Positions 26,115 through 35,555 of a DNA stretch of 64,000 nucleotides are shown here, in pieces. How positions within the stretch are numbered: the first letter of the stretch is position 1; each line of letters opens with the position of its first letter. The stretch lies in assembly GCA_021776025.1 (NCBI GenBank), contig JAJFGR010000011.1, forward strand, positions 2,631-66,630. The letters run 5' to 3'. Under the pieces are notes generated by a model. That model made no database searches and was not told where the DNA came from. It saw nothing but the letters and a program-made list of their open reading frames with translations. Made by a program: the position numbers and the translations under genes. The DNA is from Alphaproteobacteria bacterium (lineage in GTDB: Bacteria; Pseudomonadota; Alphaproteobacteria; Micavibrionales; Micavibrionaceae).

Positions 26115-29100
26115 ATGAATACTCTACAGAAAATATTAGCGCCGTTTCAGAAGGCCATGCGCCAGTCTATAACGTCTTTTATCAATCTGGAAACAGCCGA
26201 TAGCGAGACATCTCTCGTATCTACTGACGGATCGCTTATATCCTATGTTAAAATCGAGGGTAGCAAGCAGATCATCGGGGAAGAGGAATATAACAATATT
26301 GTTCAGGCCTCAACGATCAAAATTGGTTCGCGCTTTGACCGTCAGGGCCATGCTTTGCAGGCTTACTACGTTCGAGATCCCGGCCGGATTGAGCAAGTTT
26401 TAGAATCTCTGGTCAGACCTGTCCGCCAGTCTGCTGAGAATATTGGCATAGAGCTTGATGATTTGATTGGTGAACGCGTGCGACATTTGCAGCGCTTTTT
26501 GAGCCATGAAGAAGCGTATTTTGTACTTTGGACGCGGCCAAGCGTTCTGACTAAAAATGAAGCTGACCGAGCCGGTAAAGATGCCAAAGAAGATGCCAAA
26601 AACTGGGTTAATGCCCCGGGGTCCCAGTATCCGTTTGCAGCGCTAGAGCCCTTAAGAACACGGCATAAAAGTTTTGTCGCCGCCGTTGTGGGCGGTCTTG
26701 ATGAGATGGGTATTAGCGCCGATCTTATGGAGGTTCATGATGCTTTGAATGCCGTGCGCAGCAATCTTTTTCCTGATAGGGCTAATGAAAAGTGGCGGGC
26801 CAATTTGCCTGGCGATCCGATATCGCCGCGCGCGCCCTTGGGCAAAATTGATATGTCCGATATTCTTTGGCCCAATATTCCCAATCAGCTCGTTGCCGGA
26901 GATGCAAAAACTTTAGGGCGGTCCGTTTGCCGAATTGGAGACATGTTCTGGGCTGGCGGGGACATGACTTTGGGTCCGATGGATGCGACAGGTTTTCCGA
27001 GTTTATTGAACAGATTGGTAGAAGCCGATCTTCCGTTTCGAATTTCGTTTCTTATTGAAGGTGGTGGGATTTATGCCACACAAATGCGAACATTCCTTGC
27101 AACCATCATGGGGCCAACCAATGCCAGTAACAAGCAGGTTAAATATTCCTTAGAAGGCTTGCAGACCATGGCTAGGAGTGAGCCTGTTGTACGTTTGCGG
27201 ATATCTTTTGCTACATGGTGCGTTATCGAAGAAAAAGATGAGATTCTTGATCGTCTTTCTATTCTGCTGCAAGCCGTAGAGAGCTGGGGCTATGCGCAGG
27301 TCAGCGAATTTTCCGGTGACCCACTTGATTGCATTATGTCTTCAGCAATGGGGATCCATTGCGCCGGCACAGCGCCAACAGCCATTGCGCCGATGATTGA
27401 AGTTATGAAACTTTTACCATGGCAGCGCCCTTCCAGCCCTTTTACAGAAGGCGGTTCAATGCTTTTCCGCACACCCGACGGAAAAGTCTGGCCCTATCAA
27501 ACCGGAACGAATTTGACAACGACATGGTTTGATCTGATTTTTGCCCAGCCCGGGGCCGGTAAATCTGTTTTGCTCAATACTCTCAATCTCGGAACCTGCC
27601 TATCTCCGGGCCTCAATAAGTTACCGTTTGTGGCCGTTGTTGATATTGGTCCATCGTCTTCCGGGCTTATTTCCTTGGTTCGAGAAGCGCTTCCGCTTAA
27701 TCGTCAACATGAAGCGGCTTATTACCGCCTGCAGATGAGCCACCAGTTTGCGATTAATCCATTTGATACGCAGGTTGGTTGCCGAGCACCTCTACCTGAT
27801 GAGCGCAGTTATCTTTCAGAGCTTATAACCTTACTCTGTACACCGCCGGGCTATGACAAGCCTTATGACGGCATGCAGCAGCTGGCCGGGCTCGTTGTTG
27901 ATGAAATGTTCCGCTGGCGTAATGACAATGAAGCCAATGCGGAGCCGCGCCCTTATCTACCGCGCCTTGAGGCTGACGTTGATGAGGCCCTTCTTAAATT
28001 TAATGTTCATCTACCGACCGACCCCTATTGGTGGGACATTGTCGATAAGATGTTTGATCTTGGGCAATATCACATTGCCAATCTAGCCCAGCGCCATGCT
28101 GTTCCCACATTAAACGATTCGATTACCGCTTCACGCCGACCGCAAATTCGCTCTTTGCTTGAAGAAACATCTGTGGGCTTTAGCGCCGAAACGGTGATTG
28201 GCGCGTTTGAGCGGATGATAACGTCGGCTATCCGGGAGTTTCCAATTTTATCCTCTGTCACTCAGTTTGATATTGCCGATTCAAGAGTGGTCTCACTCGA
28301 TCTTATGGATGTTGCACCGCAGGGTGATGAAGCTGCTGACAGGCAAACATCGATCATGTACATGCTTGCGCGTCACGCGCTGGTGCGCAGTTGGTGGATG
28401 GGGCAAGAAGCTGTGCAGTTTGTGCCGCAAAAATATCAGGAATATCATGAGCTGCGCCTGCAAGAGCTGGGGGAATCTCCCAAACGTTTATGTTACGACG
28501 AATTCCATAGGACGAGTAAATCAGGCGCAGTGCGCAATCAGGTTATCCGCGATGTCCGTGAGGGGCGGAAGCGCGGCGTACAGATCGTGCTGACATCTCA
28601 ACTTATAGACGACTTCAGTCAGGATATGGTTGATCTGGCAACCGGTGTTTGGGTTTTGGGCACGGCCATTTCCGACAAAGCCGTTGATAATGTTGTTGAT
28701 CGCTTTGGTTTGAGTGATACCGCCAAAGCCATTATTCGGCATAAATTGACCGGGCCAAAATCTATTGGTGCACCAGTTTTGTTTGTTTTGGGCTCAACGG
28801 ACGGACGGTATGAACAGCATCTCTATAATACGCTGGGCCCGATCGAGCTTTGGGCTTTATCAACGTCTGCGGAAGATGTTGCGATCCGTAACAGACTTTA
28901 TAATAAAGTCGGCGCTGGGCGCGCACGGCTTATTCTGGCATCGAATTATCCGGGCGGGAGTGCGCGGAATGAAATTCGCCGCCGCGTTTTAGCAAACAGC
29001 GAAGAGGGAGAGGCCCGCGCTGCTATGATCAGCACAATAATTGAAGAAATTGTTGAGGAAATGGTTGAAGAAAGCAAGATTTCGCAAAAAGAAGAGACCG

Positions 29101-29123
29101 GCAAACGCGTGAAACTGGCCTAA
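26115..29123 (+). CDS. icmB: DotO/IcmB (TraU-like) secretion ATPase
   Basis: 1002 aa. Walker A is FAQPGAGKSVLLNTL. Size and position match IcmB. Confidence 0.85.
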   Translation: MNTLQKILAPFQKAMRQSITSFINLETADSETSLVSTDGSLISYVKIEGSKQIIGEEEYNNIVQASTIKIGSRFDRQGHALQAYYVRDPGRIEQVLESLVRPVRQSAENIGIELDDLIGERVRHLQRFLSHEEAYFVLWTRPSVLTKNEADRAGKDAKEDAKNWVNAPGSQYPFAALEPLRTRHKSFVAAVVGGLDEMGISADLMEVHDALNAVRSNLFPDRANEKWRANLPGDPISPRAPLGKIDMSDILWPNIPNQLVAGDAKTLGRSVCRIGDMFWAGGDMTLGPMDATGFPSLLNRLVEADLPFRISFLIEGGGIYATQMRTFLATIMGPTNASNKQVKYSLEGLQTMARSEPVVRLRISFATWCVIEEKDEILDRLSILLQAVESWGYAQVSEFSGDPLDCIMSSAMGIHCAGTAPTAIAPMIEVMKLLPWQRPSSPFTEGGSMLFRTPDGKVWPYQTGTNLTTTWFDLIFAQPGAGKSVLLNTLNLGTCLSPGLNKLPFVAVVDIGPSSSGLISLVREALPLNRQHEAAYYRLQMSHQFAINPFDTQVGCRAPLPDERSYLSELITLLCTPPGYDKPYDGMQQLAGLVVDEMFRWRNDNEANAEPRPYLPRLEADVDEALLKFNVHLPTDPYWWDIVDKMFDLGQYHIANLAQRHAVPTLNDSITASRRPQIRSLLEETSVGFSAETVIGAFERMITSAIREFPILSSVTQFDIADSRVVSLDLMDVAPQGDEAADRQTSIMYMLARHALVRSWWMGQEAVQFVPQKYQEYHELRLQELGESPKRLCYDEFHRTSKSGAVRNQVIRDVREGRKRGVQIVLTSQLIDDFSQDMVDLATGVWVLGTAISDKAVDNVVDRFGLSDTAKAIIRHKLTGPKSIGAPVLFVLGSTDGRYEQHLYNTLGPIELWALSTSAEDVAIRNRLYNKVGAGRARLILASNYPGGSARNEIRRRVLANSEEGEARAAMISTIIEEIVEEMVEESKISQKEETGKRVKLA

Positions 29124-29137
29124 CCAGAGAAAAAACC

Positions 29138-29797
29138 ATGAGTGATACACCCAAAGACGAAGATGATGGCATCACACTCAGCGTGGAGATTATGGACAGG
29201 GCTGAACGCAAGGCTTTGAAAGAAAAAGCCAAGGCAGAAGCCGCTGCGAAAAAAGTGGAACCCACACAAGATGAGATAGAAGCCGCCTTAGCAACCAGCA
29301 AATTGGCAAACGCCCAAAAAGTAAAACGCAAAAGAATATTCAAAGGCGGGGGGGCTCTGGTCGGCCTTGCGCTTTTTGGGTGGCTGGTGAATTACATGTT
29401 TACCCCTTACAGGGCCGGCATAACCTTTGGTATTTGTAAAACTTTCCTCGAGCTTAATCTGCAATTCCCGCAAGACATGCGGATCAGCACTGTTGATGAT
29501 TTTGGTGAATATGTGCGGATTTGGTATACGCAGCTTGATGCTTTTGGTGAATACCGGATGGAGAATATTCAATGTCACTTCCGTGCTGATGAGGTTACAG
29601 GGGCCGCCATCGATAAAATCACAATAAATCGCCGTGAAGTTGACCCGGAGCGCATTACAAAGTTTAACAAAATACTTCCGGTTATCTTAGCAAGCCCGCC
29701 GGATTTGACTATTCCTTATCCACTTCCAGATAGTTTAGAGAGTTTGCAGATCGATACGAATGCATTTCGTTTTCAGTTGAATTTGCGGAGGCGGTAA
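29138..29797 (+). CDS. hypothetical bitopic membrane protein (last gene of the T4BSS block)
   Basis: 219 aa. A Lys/Glu-rich N-terminus and one TM helix (GALVGLALFGWLVNYMF) precede a ~130-aa C-terminal domain. It starts 14 nt after icmB. Confidence 0.5.
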   Translation: MSDTPKDEDDGITLSVEIMDRAERKALKEKAKAEAAAKKVEPTQDEIEAALATSKLANAQKVKRKRIFKGGGALVGLALFGWLVNYMFTPYRAGITFGICKTFLELNLQFPQDMRISTVDDFGEYVRIWYTQLDAFGEYRMENIQCHFRADEVTGAAIDKITINRREVDPERITKFNKILPVILASPPDLTIPYPLPDSLESLQIDTNAFRFQLNLRRR

Positions 29798-29833
29798 ATA
29801 TTTAAGTTTGCCGCTTGGGAATAAGGAGATTTT

Positions 29834-30874
29834 ATGAAATACCGCAAATTGGGCCGCACAGGCCTTGATGTAAGCTTGATTGGCCTTGGCACCATGACAT
29901 GGGGCAACCAAAACACGCAAAGCGAAGGTCATGAGCAGATGGACTACGCGCTGGATCAGGGCATTAATTTTTTTGATACCGCGGAGATGTATGCTGTGCC
30001 TCCGTCTGCGGAAACATACGGTAAGACAGAAGAGATTATAGGCACGTGGTTTGCCGCAAACGGCGCGCGCGATAAGGTTATTCTCGCCAGTAAAATTGCA
30101 GGGCCGGCTCTGCCGTGGATCCGCGAGGGGAAGGCCCGTATTGACCGCAAGAATATCCTTGAGGCGGTGGAGGATTCTTTAAAACGCTTACAAACAGATT
30201 ATATAGACCTTTATCAGCTACATTGGCCCAATCGCGGGTCTTATCATTTTCAACAGCATTGGGGTTTTGATCCGAAATTTAATCCGAAGGAAGAAGAAGA
30301 TAACTTTATCGAGGTGCTGGAGACCTTTGAAAGCCTGATTAAGGATGGCAAAATTCGTCATGTGGGGTTATCGAACGAAACGGCGTGGGGATGCGCTAAG
30401 TGGTTGCGGTTGGCCGAAGACAAAGGTTTGCCGCGCATGGCCTCTATCCAGAATGAATACTCACTACTGTGCCGGCTGTTTGAACCTGACCTTGCGGAAA
30501 TGTCGTTGGCTGAGGATTGCGGTCTTTTGGCATGGTCGCCACTTTCACGCGGGATTTTGAGCGGGAAATACATTGATGGAGCGCGGCCTAAGCGCACACG
30601 CATTGAGATAGAAACGCGGCCGGAGCATCGCCTGACAGAACAATGTAATGCGGCGGTGAAAGCTTATCTGGCGGTTGCTGAAAAGCATGGGCTGGATGTG
30701 TGCCAAATGGCGCTAGCTTTTGTCAGCGCAAAGCCATTTGTGACCTCAAACCTGATTGGCGCAACGACAATGGAGCAGCTTAAAACCAATATTGCTTCGA
30801 TTGATGTGGAATTATCGGATGAAGTTTTGACGGATATTAAAACCGTACGCCGCGACTACCCTGTGCCTTATTAA
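29834..30874 (+). CDS. NADP(H)-dependent aldo-keto reductase (Tas-like)
   Basis: 346 aa. Carries MKYRKLGRTGLDVSLIGLGTMTWG, FFDTAEMY and LYQLHWP. Confidence 0.9.
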   Translation: MKYRKLGRTGLDVSLIGLGTMTWGNQNTQSEGHEQMDYALDQGINFFDTAEMYAVPPSAETYGKTEEIIGTWFAANGARDKVILASKIAGPALPWIREGKARIDRKNILEAVEDSLKRLQTDYIDLYQLHWPNRGSYHFQQHWGFDPKFNPKEEEDNFIEVLETFESLIKDGKIRHVGLSNETAWGCAKWLRLAEDKGLPRMASIQNEYSLLCRLFEPDLAEMSLAEDCGLLAWSPLSRGILSGKYIDGARPKRTRIEIETRPEHRLTEQCNAAVKAYLAVAEKHGLDVCQMALAFVSAKPFVTSNLIGATTMEQLKTNIASIDVELSDEVLTDIKTVRRDYPVPY

Positions 30875-32007
30875 TTTGGCAACAATGCCCAATACTGGCC
30901 TTTGGATTTCATAGGGCCAGCGAGGGTTTCGGCTCGTTCGCCGTAGCCCCAGAACACATCGCCGCGCACAGGCCCGCGGATGGCCCCGCCGGTATCCTGG
31001 GCGACCATCAAGCGCTGGATATGGCTGGCCCCCTCAATGGGTGCTTCAATATCGGCCCAGAGCGGCAATCCGTACGATAACAGGGAGCGGTCAACAGCCA
31101 GCGAACGCCCAGCGGTCAGTGCTACGCCCTCTCCGCCTTTTGGCCCTTCCCCGTACAATTCTTCAAAAAACACATAGGAAGCATTCGTGTTCATGATTTC
31201 ATCGGCTTGGTCGGGGTGCGCGGAGAGCCATTCACGGATGGCTTGCATGGATACATTTTCCTTGGTGAGCTCTTCGCGCTTAATCAGCTCGCGACCAATG
31301 GCATAATAAACATGGCCGTTCTGCCCGGCATAGCCGATGCGCATTGCACCGCCTTCTGCCAGCGCGACAACCCCGGAGCCTTGGATTTGAACGAAGAACG
31401 CTTCGACCGGATCGTCAACCCAGATGAGAACTTTATCATTATGCGGCCAATTGCCAGCGACAATTTCGCTGCGGTTTTCATAGGGGACAAGCTTGCCGTC
31501 TCTCACGCGCCCGGCAATACGCCGGCCTTTTAAATCTTCGCGAAACTCGCCCAGCTGAACCATCACAAGATCATCCGCGCGTGCGTAAAGCGGTGTTTGA
31601 TATGGGCCGCCTTGCACGCGGGAGCCTTTTAATGAAGCTTCGTAATAGCCGGTGAATAGGCCTTCTGGCTGATTATCGACCAAAACCTGATAAGGCGTGA
31701 AACGATTTTCAAAGAAGGCTTTGAGATTTTCAGGCGCGACATTTAAAAAGCTGCGGCACGCGGGTTGCCAATCGCCATAGGTGCCCGATTGTTCCAGCGC
31801 GCCAAATTTTTTATCAGGGGTACCTTTTAAAATACGTTCACAAGATTTCGAGAATGCTGGAATAAATGTTTTGAGATCATCAGCGCCCCAACCGGGCAAA
31901 TCGGAAAAGCGTGCCTCCCTAAGATTGAGCTCAGGGGTTTTGTCCTCTTGAGGAACGCCCGCGCACGCGGCAACAAGGCATAAAAGAATTAAGGATACAA
32001 TACGCAT
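30871..32007 (-). CDS. mltA: membrane-bound lytic murein transglycosylase A
   Basis: 378 aa, lipoprotein-like N-terminus (LVAAC). The MltA and 3D domain blocks are present (…GYAGQNGHVYYAIGR…, AQDTGGAIRGPVRGDVFWG). Confidence 0.85.
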   Translation of the reverse strand: MRIVSLILLCLVAACAGVPQEDKTPELNLREARFSDLPGWGADDLKTFIPAFSKSCERILKGTPDKKFGALEQSGTYGDWQPACRSFLNVAPENLKAFFENRFTPYQVLVDNQPEGLFTGYYEASLKGSRVQGGPYQTPLYARADDLVMVQLGEFREDLKGRRIAGRVRDGKLVPYENRSEIVAGNWPHNDKVLIWVDDPVEAFFVQIQGSGVVALAEGGAMRIGYAGQNGHVYYAIGRELIKREELTKENVSMQAIREWLSAHPDQADEIMNTNASYVFFEELYGEGPKGGEGVALTAGRSLAVDRSLLSYGLPLWADIEAPIEGASHIQRLMVAQDTGGAIRGPVRGDVFWGYGERAETLAGPMKSKGQYWALLPN

Positions 32008-32048
32008 AGGCCCTGTTTAGCACAGGGCGCGGCGCGAAAAAAGCATGA

Positions 32049-32768
32049 TTAATGGGTATCGGGAATGCGCTCGTTATCGCCGTCGAAATCACCGCGCGTT
32101 TCATAAAGAAGCCAGCTTGGATCTTTAGATTTAATATCGCGGCCAAAGGTCCAGATATCTTGCATTTCAACGATTTTATCTGGATTGCCGGTAATAATTT
32201 CACCATTTTCATCGCGGGTGACTGTGGTTTCCTCAGCAGTGAAATGCACAGTGATATAGGCCATCTTTCCCTCAAGCCGGGCCGCTGTGACCATAGCTTT
32301 ACGGATAGCATGAATATCGGTGACTTCGGTTTCTTTGCGCTTTTGGCGCTCTAAAACCGCTGCTTCAAAAGCGCTATAAACGCCCGGGTTTAAAAGATTT
32401 TTCAATGTATCGAGATCAGGTTGGGCGAAAGATTCCACAATCATGGCGAAGGCGTCTTGGGAACCCTCCATGAAGAAATCGATATCAAATGTTTTATCTG
32501 CTTTGGCAATGTCAATCAGACCGTTCTCAGCGGTTTTATTATCAACGCCATAATTACGACGAGATTTCTGTGCGAGGGCGATAATTTGCTCTTCGGGCCC
32601 GGCTGGATACTCGGATTCAACGGGCGCTTCAGCGCTATGATCTTGTTGCTCCGAGCCTAGGAATGGGTTTCGCTCAGGTTCTTCACCATGGCGTGTCCCC
32701 AAAACGCTGCGCAACCAAACAACAAGCCCGGCGGCGACAAGCGCATAAACAATCAAATCAGCTGGCAC
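32049..32768 (-). CDS. Tim44-like domain protein
   Basis: 239 aa with an N-terminal TM helix. A C-terminal Tim44-like fold is suggested by WTFGRDIKSKDPSWLLYETR. Conserved next to mltA and secB in alphaproteobacteria. Confidence 0.75.
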   Translation of the reverse strand: MPADLIVYALVAAGLVVWLRSVLGTRHGEEPERNPFLGSEQQDHSAEAPVESEYPAGPEEQIIALAQKSRRNYGVDNKTAENGLIDIAKADKTFDIDFFMEGSQDAFAMIVESFAQPDLDTLKNLLNPGVYSAFEAAVLERQKRKETEVTDIHAIRKAMVTAARLEGKMAYITVHFTAEETTVTRDENGEIITGNPDKIVEMQDIWTFGRDIKSKDPSWLLYETRGDFDGDNERIPDTH

Positions 32769-32921
32769 GAAAAAGCCCCCTACCGTTAAAACCTAATACT
32801 CAAGTGCAATATGTTCGTTTTAACACACAAAGTCCAATAAAAGCGCTAAAAAGCTATGGATTGTCTTTTTGGCGGCTGTGCCCTAGATTGTGCTGTAAGT
32901 GCTATAAAACAAAGGAAAAAA

Positions 32922-33395
32922 ATGCCCTTTATCGTGATTTTTATTCTCGTGCCCTTTATTGAGCTGGCGACATTTGCCAGTGTTAGCGAGCATATCGGAA
33001 TCTGGACAACATTAACGCTTGCGTTTGTGACGGCCATTATCGGCGGGCTATTGGTAAAATATCAGGGCATACAGACGATTTTAAGCATGCGCGGGGCAAT
33101 GGATCAGGGGCAAATGCCCTTAACCGAGATTTTTGACGGATTTTGCCTGGTGGCTGCGGGCGCTTTATTGATTACGCCCGGGTTTGTGACAGATACAATT
33201 GGCTTTGCGCTGCTGATCCCGCCGGTGCGCAGCGCTTTACGCCATTTTATTAGTAAACATACAGACTGGGCCGTTGCGGGTAGCTCATCGGGTTCGTATC
33301 AAAGAAGGCAGCCGCAAGATCCCAGCATTCTCGAAGGAGAATATGAGCATGTTCAGGACCTTAAAAAAGAATTGCGGGATGATACGGACGCTTAA
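32922..33395 (+). CDS. fxsA: FxsA family membrane protein
   Basis: Start trimmed to the ATG at 32922 (MPFIVIFILVPFIELATF…). Carries LLITPGFVTDTIGFALLIPPVR. Confidence 0.8.
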   Translation: MPFIVIFILVPFIELATFASVSEHIGIWTTLTLAFVTAIIGGLLVKYQGIQTILSMRGAMDQGQMPLTEIFDGFCLVAAGALLITPGFVTDTIGFALLIPPVRSALRHFISKHTDWAVAGSSSGSYQRRQPQDPSILEGEYEHVQDLKKELRDDTDA

Positions 33396-33462
33396 GCAAC
33401 CGCTAATTGAAGCGCGGCTTTAAACATGGTAATCAAAATATAAATAGGAATTGGAGATTTTT

Positions 33463-34020
33463 ATGAGTGATCAAAATGCGGATACTGACAGCATAACCGC
33501 CCCGGCGATGCCGATTAATATTTTGGCCCAATATGTGCGCGATGTATCTTTTGAGAACCCGATGGCACCGGATTCTTTGCGCGCCGGACTGGCTAATCCC
33601 GAGATGGATATTAATATTGGGATGGATGCGCGCAAAATTCCCGATGAGGAGATTGAAAATCTTTATGAAGTTGTGGTGAATTTACGCGCAGCGGCTACGC
33701 GCGGTGATGAACCGGTTTTTATTTTAGAACTGCAATATGGCTTGACCGTGGTACTTAATGAAATTCCGGAAGATAATCATCACCCTGTTTTGCTCATCGA
33801 AATTCCACGTCTGGCTTTCCCTTTTATGCGCCAGATCGTCAGTGACCTCACATCACAAGGCGGCTACCCACCATTGATTCTGAATCCTGTTGATTTTCAG
33901 GCCTTGTATATGGAACGCTTTAAAGACGAGATTGCACAGGCACAGACTGAACTCAAAAAAGATGCGCCAAAAGCTACTAATAAAACTGATAAGAAACCCG
34001 CTAAAACTAAGAAAAAGTAA
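33463..34020 (+). CDS. secB: protein-export chaperone SecB
   Basis: Start at the ATG at 33463, after a GGAG. Carries NILAQYVRDVSFENP and IEIPRLAFPFMRQIVSDLT. Confidence 0.9.
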   Translation: MSDQNADTDSITAPAMPINILAQYVRDVSFENPMAPDSLRAGLANPEMDINIGMDARKIPDEEIENLYEVVVNLRAAATRGDEPVFILELQYGLTVVLNEIPEDNHHPVLLIEIPRLAFPFMRQIVSDLTSQGGYPPLILNPVDFQALYMERFKDEIAQAQTELKKDAPKATNKTDKKPAKTKKK

Positions 34021-34033
34021 GGAGACTTTAAAA

Positions 34034-34156
34034 ATGAGAACGCTGCTTTTAATATCTGCATTAATTGTTTTTTCTATCCCGCTCAGCGCCTGTAATACCG
34101 TAGAAGGTATGGGGCAAGATATAGAACGGGCTGGGGAATCAATTCAGAATCTTTAA
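34034..34156 (+). CDS. entericidin A/B family small lipoprotein
   Basis: 40 aa: MRTLLLISALIVFSIPLSACNTVEGMGQDIERAGESIQNL. A lipobox is present and GGAG lies 9 nt upstream. Confidence 0.8.
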   Translation: MRTLLLISALIVFSIPLSACNTVEGMGQDIERAGESIQNL

Positions 34157-34846
34157 TTAGTCTGTCTTTTTCCAAAGCGGGTCTTTGATTTTGCCAAGCA
34201 GCCCTTCGTGTGCGGCCAACTCTTCCGCAGACGCTTTATGCGCTCTGGGCTGTTTTAATTTTCGTTTGGCGTTCACAGAATTTTTCTCTGCCTGTTCAGC
34301 TTTAGCGGTCTCTGCAGCAAGGCCTAAGCCGTGTTGACGCCCCCCCAATAGCTCAAGATACACTTCGGCTAATAATTCAGAATCCAAAAGTGCGCCGTGA
34401 TATGTCCGCTCGGTATTATCAATGCTAAAACGGCGGCATAAAGCATCAAGATTTGCAGGAGACCCGGGGAATTTTTTCCGCGCCATGCCCAGCGTATCAA
34501 TCACGTTGCCCCAGCCGATCGCCGGATGACCGACCTGCCCCAGCTCCCAGTTGATGAATTTCATATCGAATTCAGCATTGTGAATGATAAGTTTGCTGCC
34601 TTCGATAAACTCCATGAACTCGCTGTAAATCTGTGAAAAAATGGGCTTATCAGCAACGAATTCATTGGTTATACCATGTATGGCTATGGCCTCGGCGGGA
34701 ATTGCCCGCTCCGGGTTGATATAAATCTGCAATGTTTTGCCGGTGGGGATATGGTTTAAAAGCTCAACGCAACCGATCTCGACAATCCGATCACCATTAT
34801 GCGGATCCATGCCTGTGGTTTCCGTGTCGAGCACTATTTCTTTCAT
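34157..34846 (-). CDS. dnaQ: DNA polymerase III epsilon subunit (3'-5' exonuclease)
   Basis: 229 aa. Exo motifs are VLDTETTG, HNAEFD and YHGALLDSELLAEVY. Confidence 0.9.
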   Translation of the reverse strand: MKEIVLDTETTGMDPHNGDRIVEIGCVELLNHIPTGKTLQIYINPERAIPAEAIAIHGITNEFVADKPIFSQIYSEFMEFIEGSKLIIHNAEFDMKFINWELGQVGHPAIGWGNVIDTLGMARKKFPGSPANLDALCRRFSIDNTERTYHGALLDSELLAEVYLELLGGRQHGLGLAAETAKAEQAEKNSVNAKRKLKQPRAHKASAEELAAHEGLLGKIKDPLWKKTD

Positions 34847-34874
34847 GTTTTACAATCTCCGCTTTGTTTGTCGC

Positions 34875-35555
34875 TCATGCGATATTTTCCTCTTGTCGCA
34901 TTTCTTCCTGCGGGTTTTCTTCGTCTCTGATTTTAGCCACAGCCGCCTTTAATTCCTTCATCATAACGCTTCGCCCTAACCCACTATGCACAACAAAATC
35001 AGCGCGCGCGCATTTTTCACCATCAGGCATTTGCCGTTTTAGAATGCCAGAGAGTTTTTTTTGTGTCATTCCCACGCGGGCCAAAACCCGAGCTTTTTGT
35101 ATAAAAACTGGGGCGGAAATATTAATCGTATAATCTACGCGCTGGTCAGCCCCGGTTTCAAAGAGCAAAGAAATATCCAGCGCGACGATATCGCGCCCTA
35201 ATCGTTCTTGCGCTTTTATAAATTCATTTTGTGATTTTTGAACAAGCGGATGTAGAATTGCTTCCAGCTTTTCACGCTCATGATCTTTTTCAAAAACGAG
35301 TTTACCCAGCGCATCGCGCCTCAAATAACGCTGCGTATCCTTAAGCGGGTTCCAAAAATGTTTGCGGCCATAAATTTGGGGGTAGGAAAAGTACGGAAAG
35401 GCCGCAGTAACCGCATACCACGCCTGGCTACCATAGCGCAGGAGTTCATGCACAGAAGCATCGGAATCGTGAACCGCCACGCCGATATACTCTAACATAG
35501 AGCCAGCGGTCGTTTTACCCATACCGATCGAGCCCGTGAGGCCGAGTACAATCAT
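34875..35555 (-). CDS. coaE: dephospho-CoA kinase
   Basis: The N-terminus MIVLGLTGSIGMGKTT is a P-loop. The protein is 226 aa with a short acidic C-terminal extension. Confidence 0.9.
   Translation of the reverse strand: MIVLGLTGSIGMGKTTAGSMLEYIGVAVHDSDASVHELLRYGSQAWYAVTAAFPYFSYPQIYGRKHFWNPLKDTQRYLRRDALGKLVFEKDHEREKLEAILHPLVQKSQNEFIKAQERLGRDIVALDISLLFETGADQRVDYTINISAPVFIQKARVLARVGMTQKKLSGILKRQMPDGEKCARADFVVHSGLGRSVMMKELKAAVAKIRDEENPQEEMRQEENIA

Noticed and set aside
2457-29797. The T4BSS block as a recently acquired integrative/conjugative element.
   Set aside because: No integrase, relaxase, tRNA target, flanking direct repeats or obvious compositional break was seen at either border. Mobility cannot be supported from this window.
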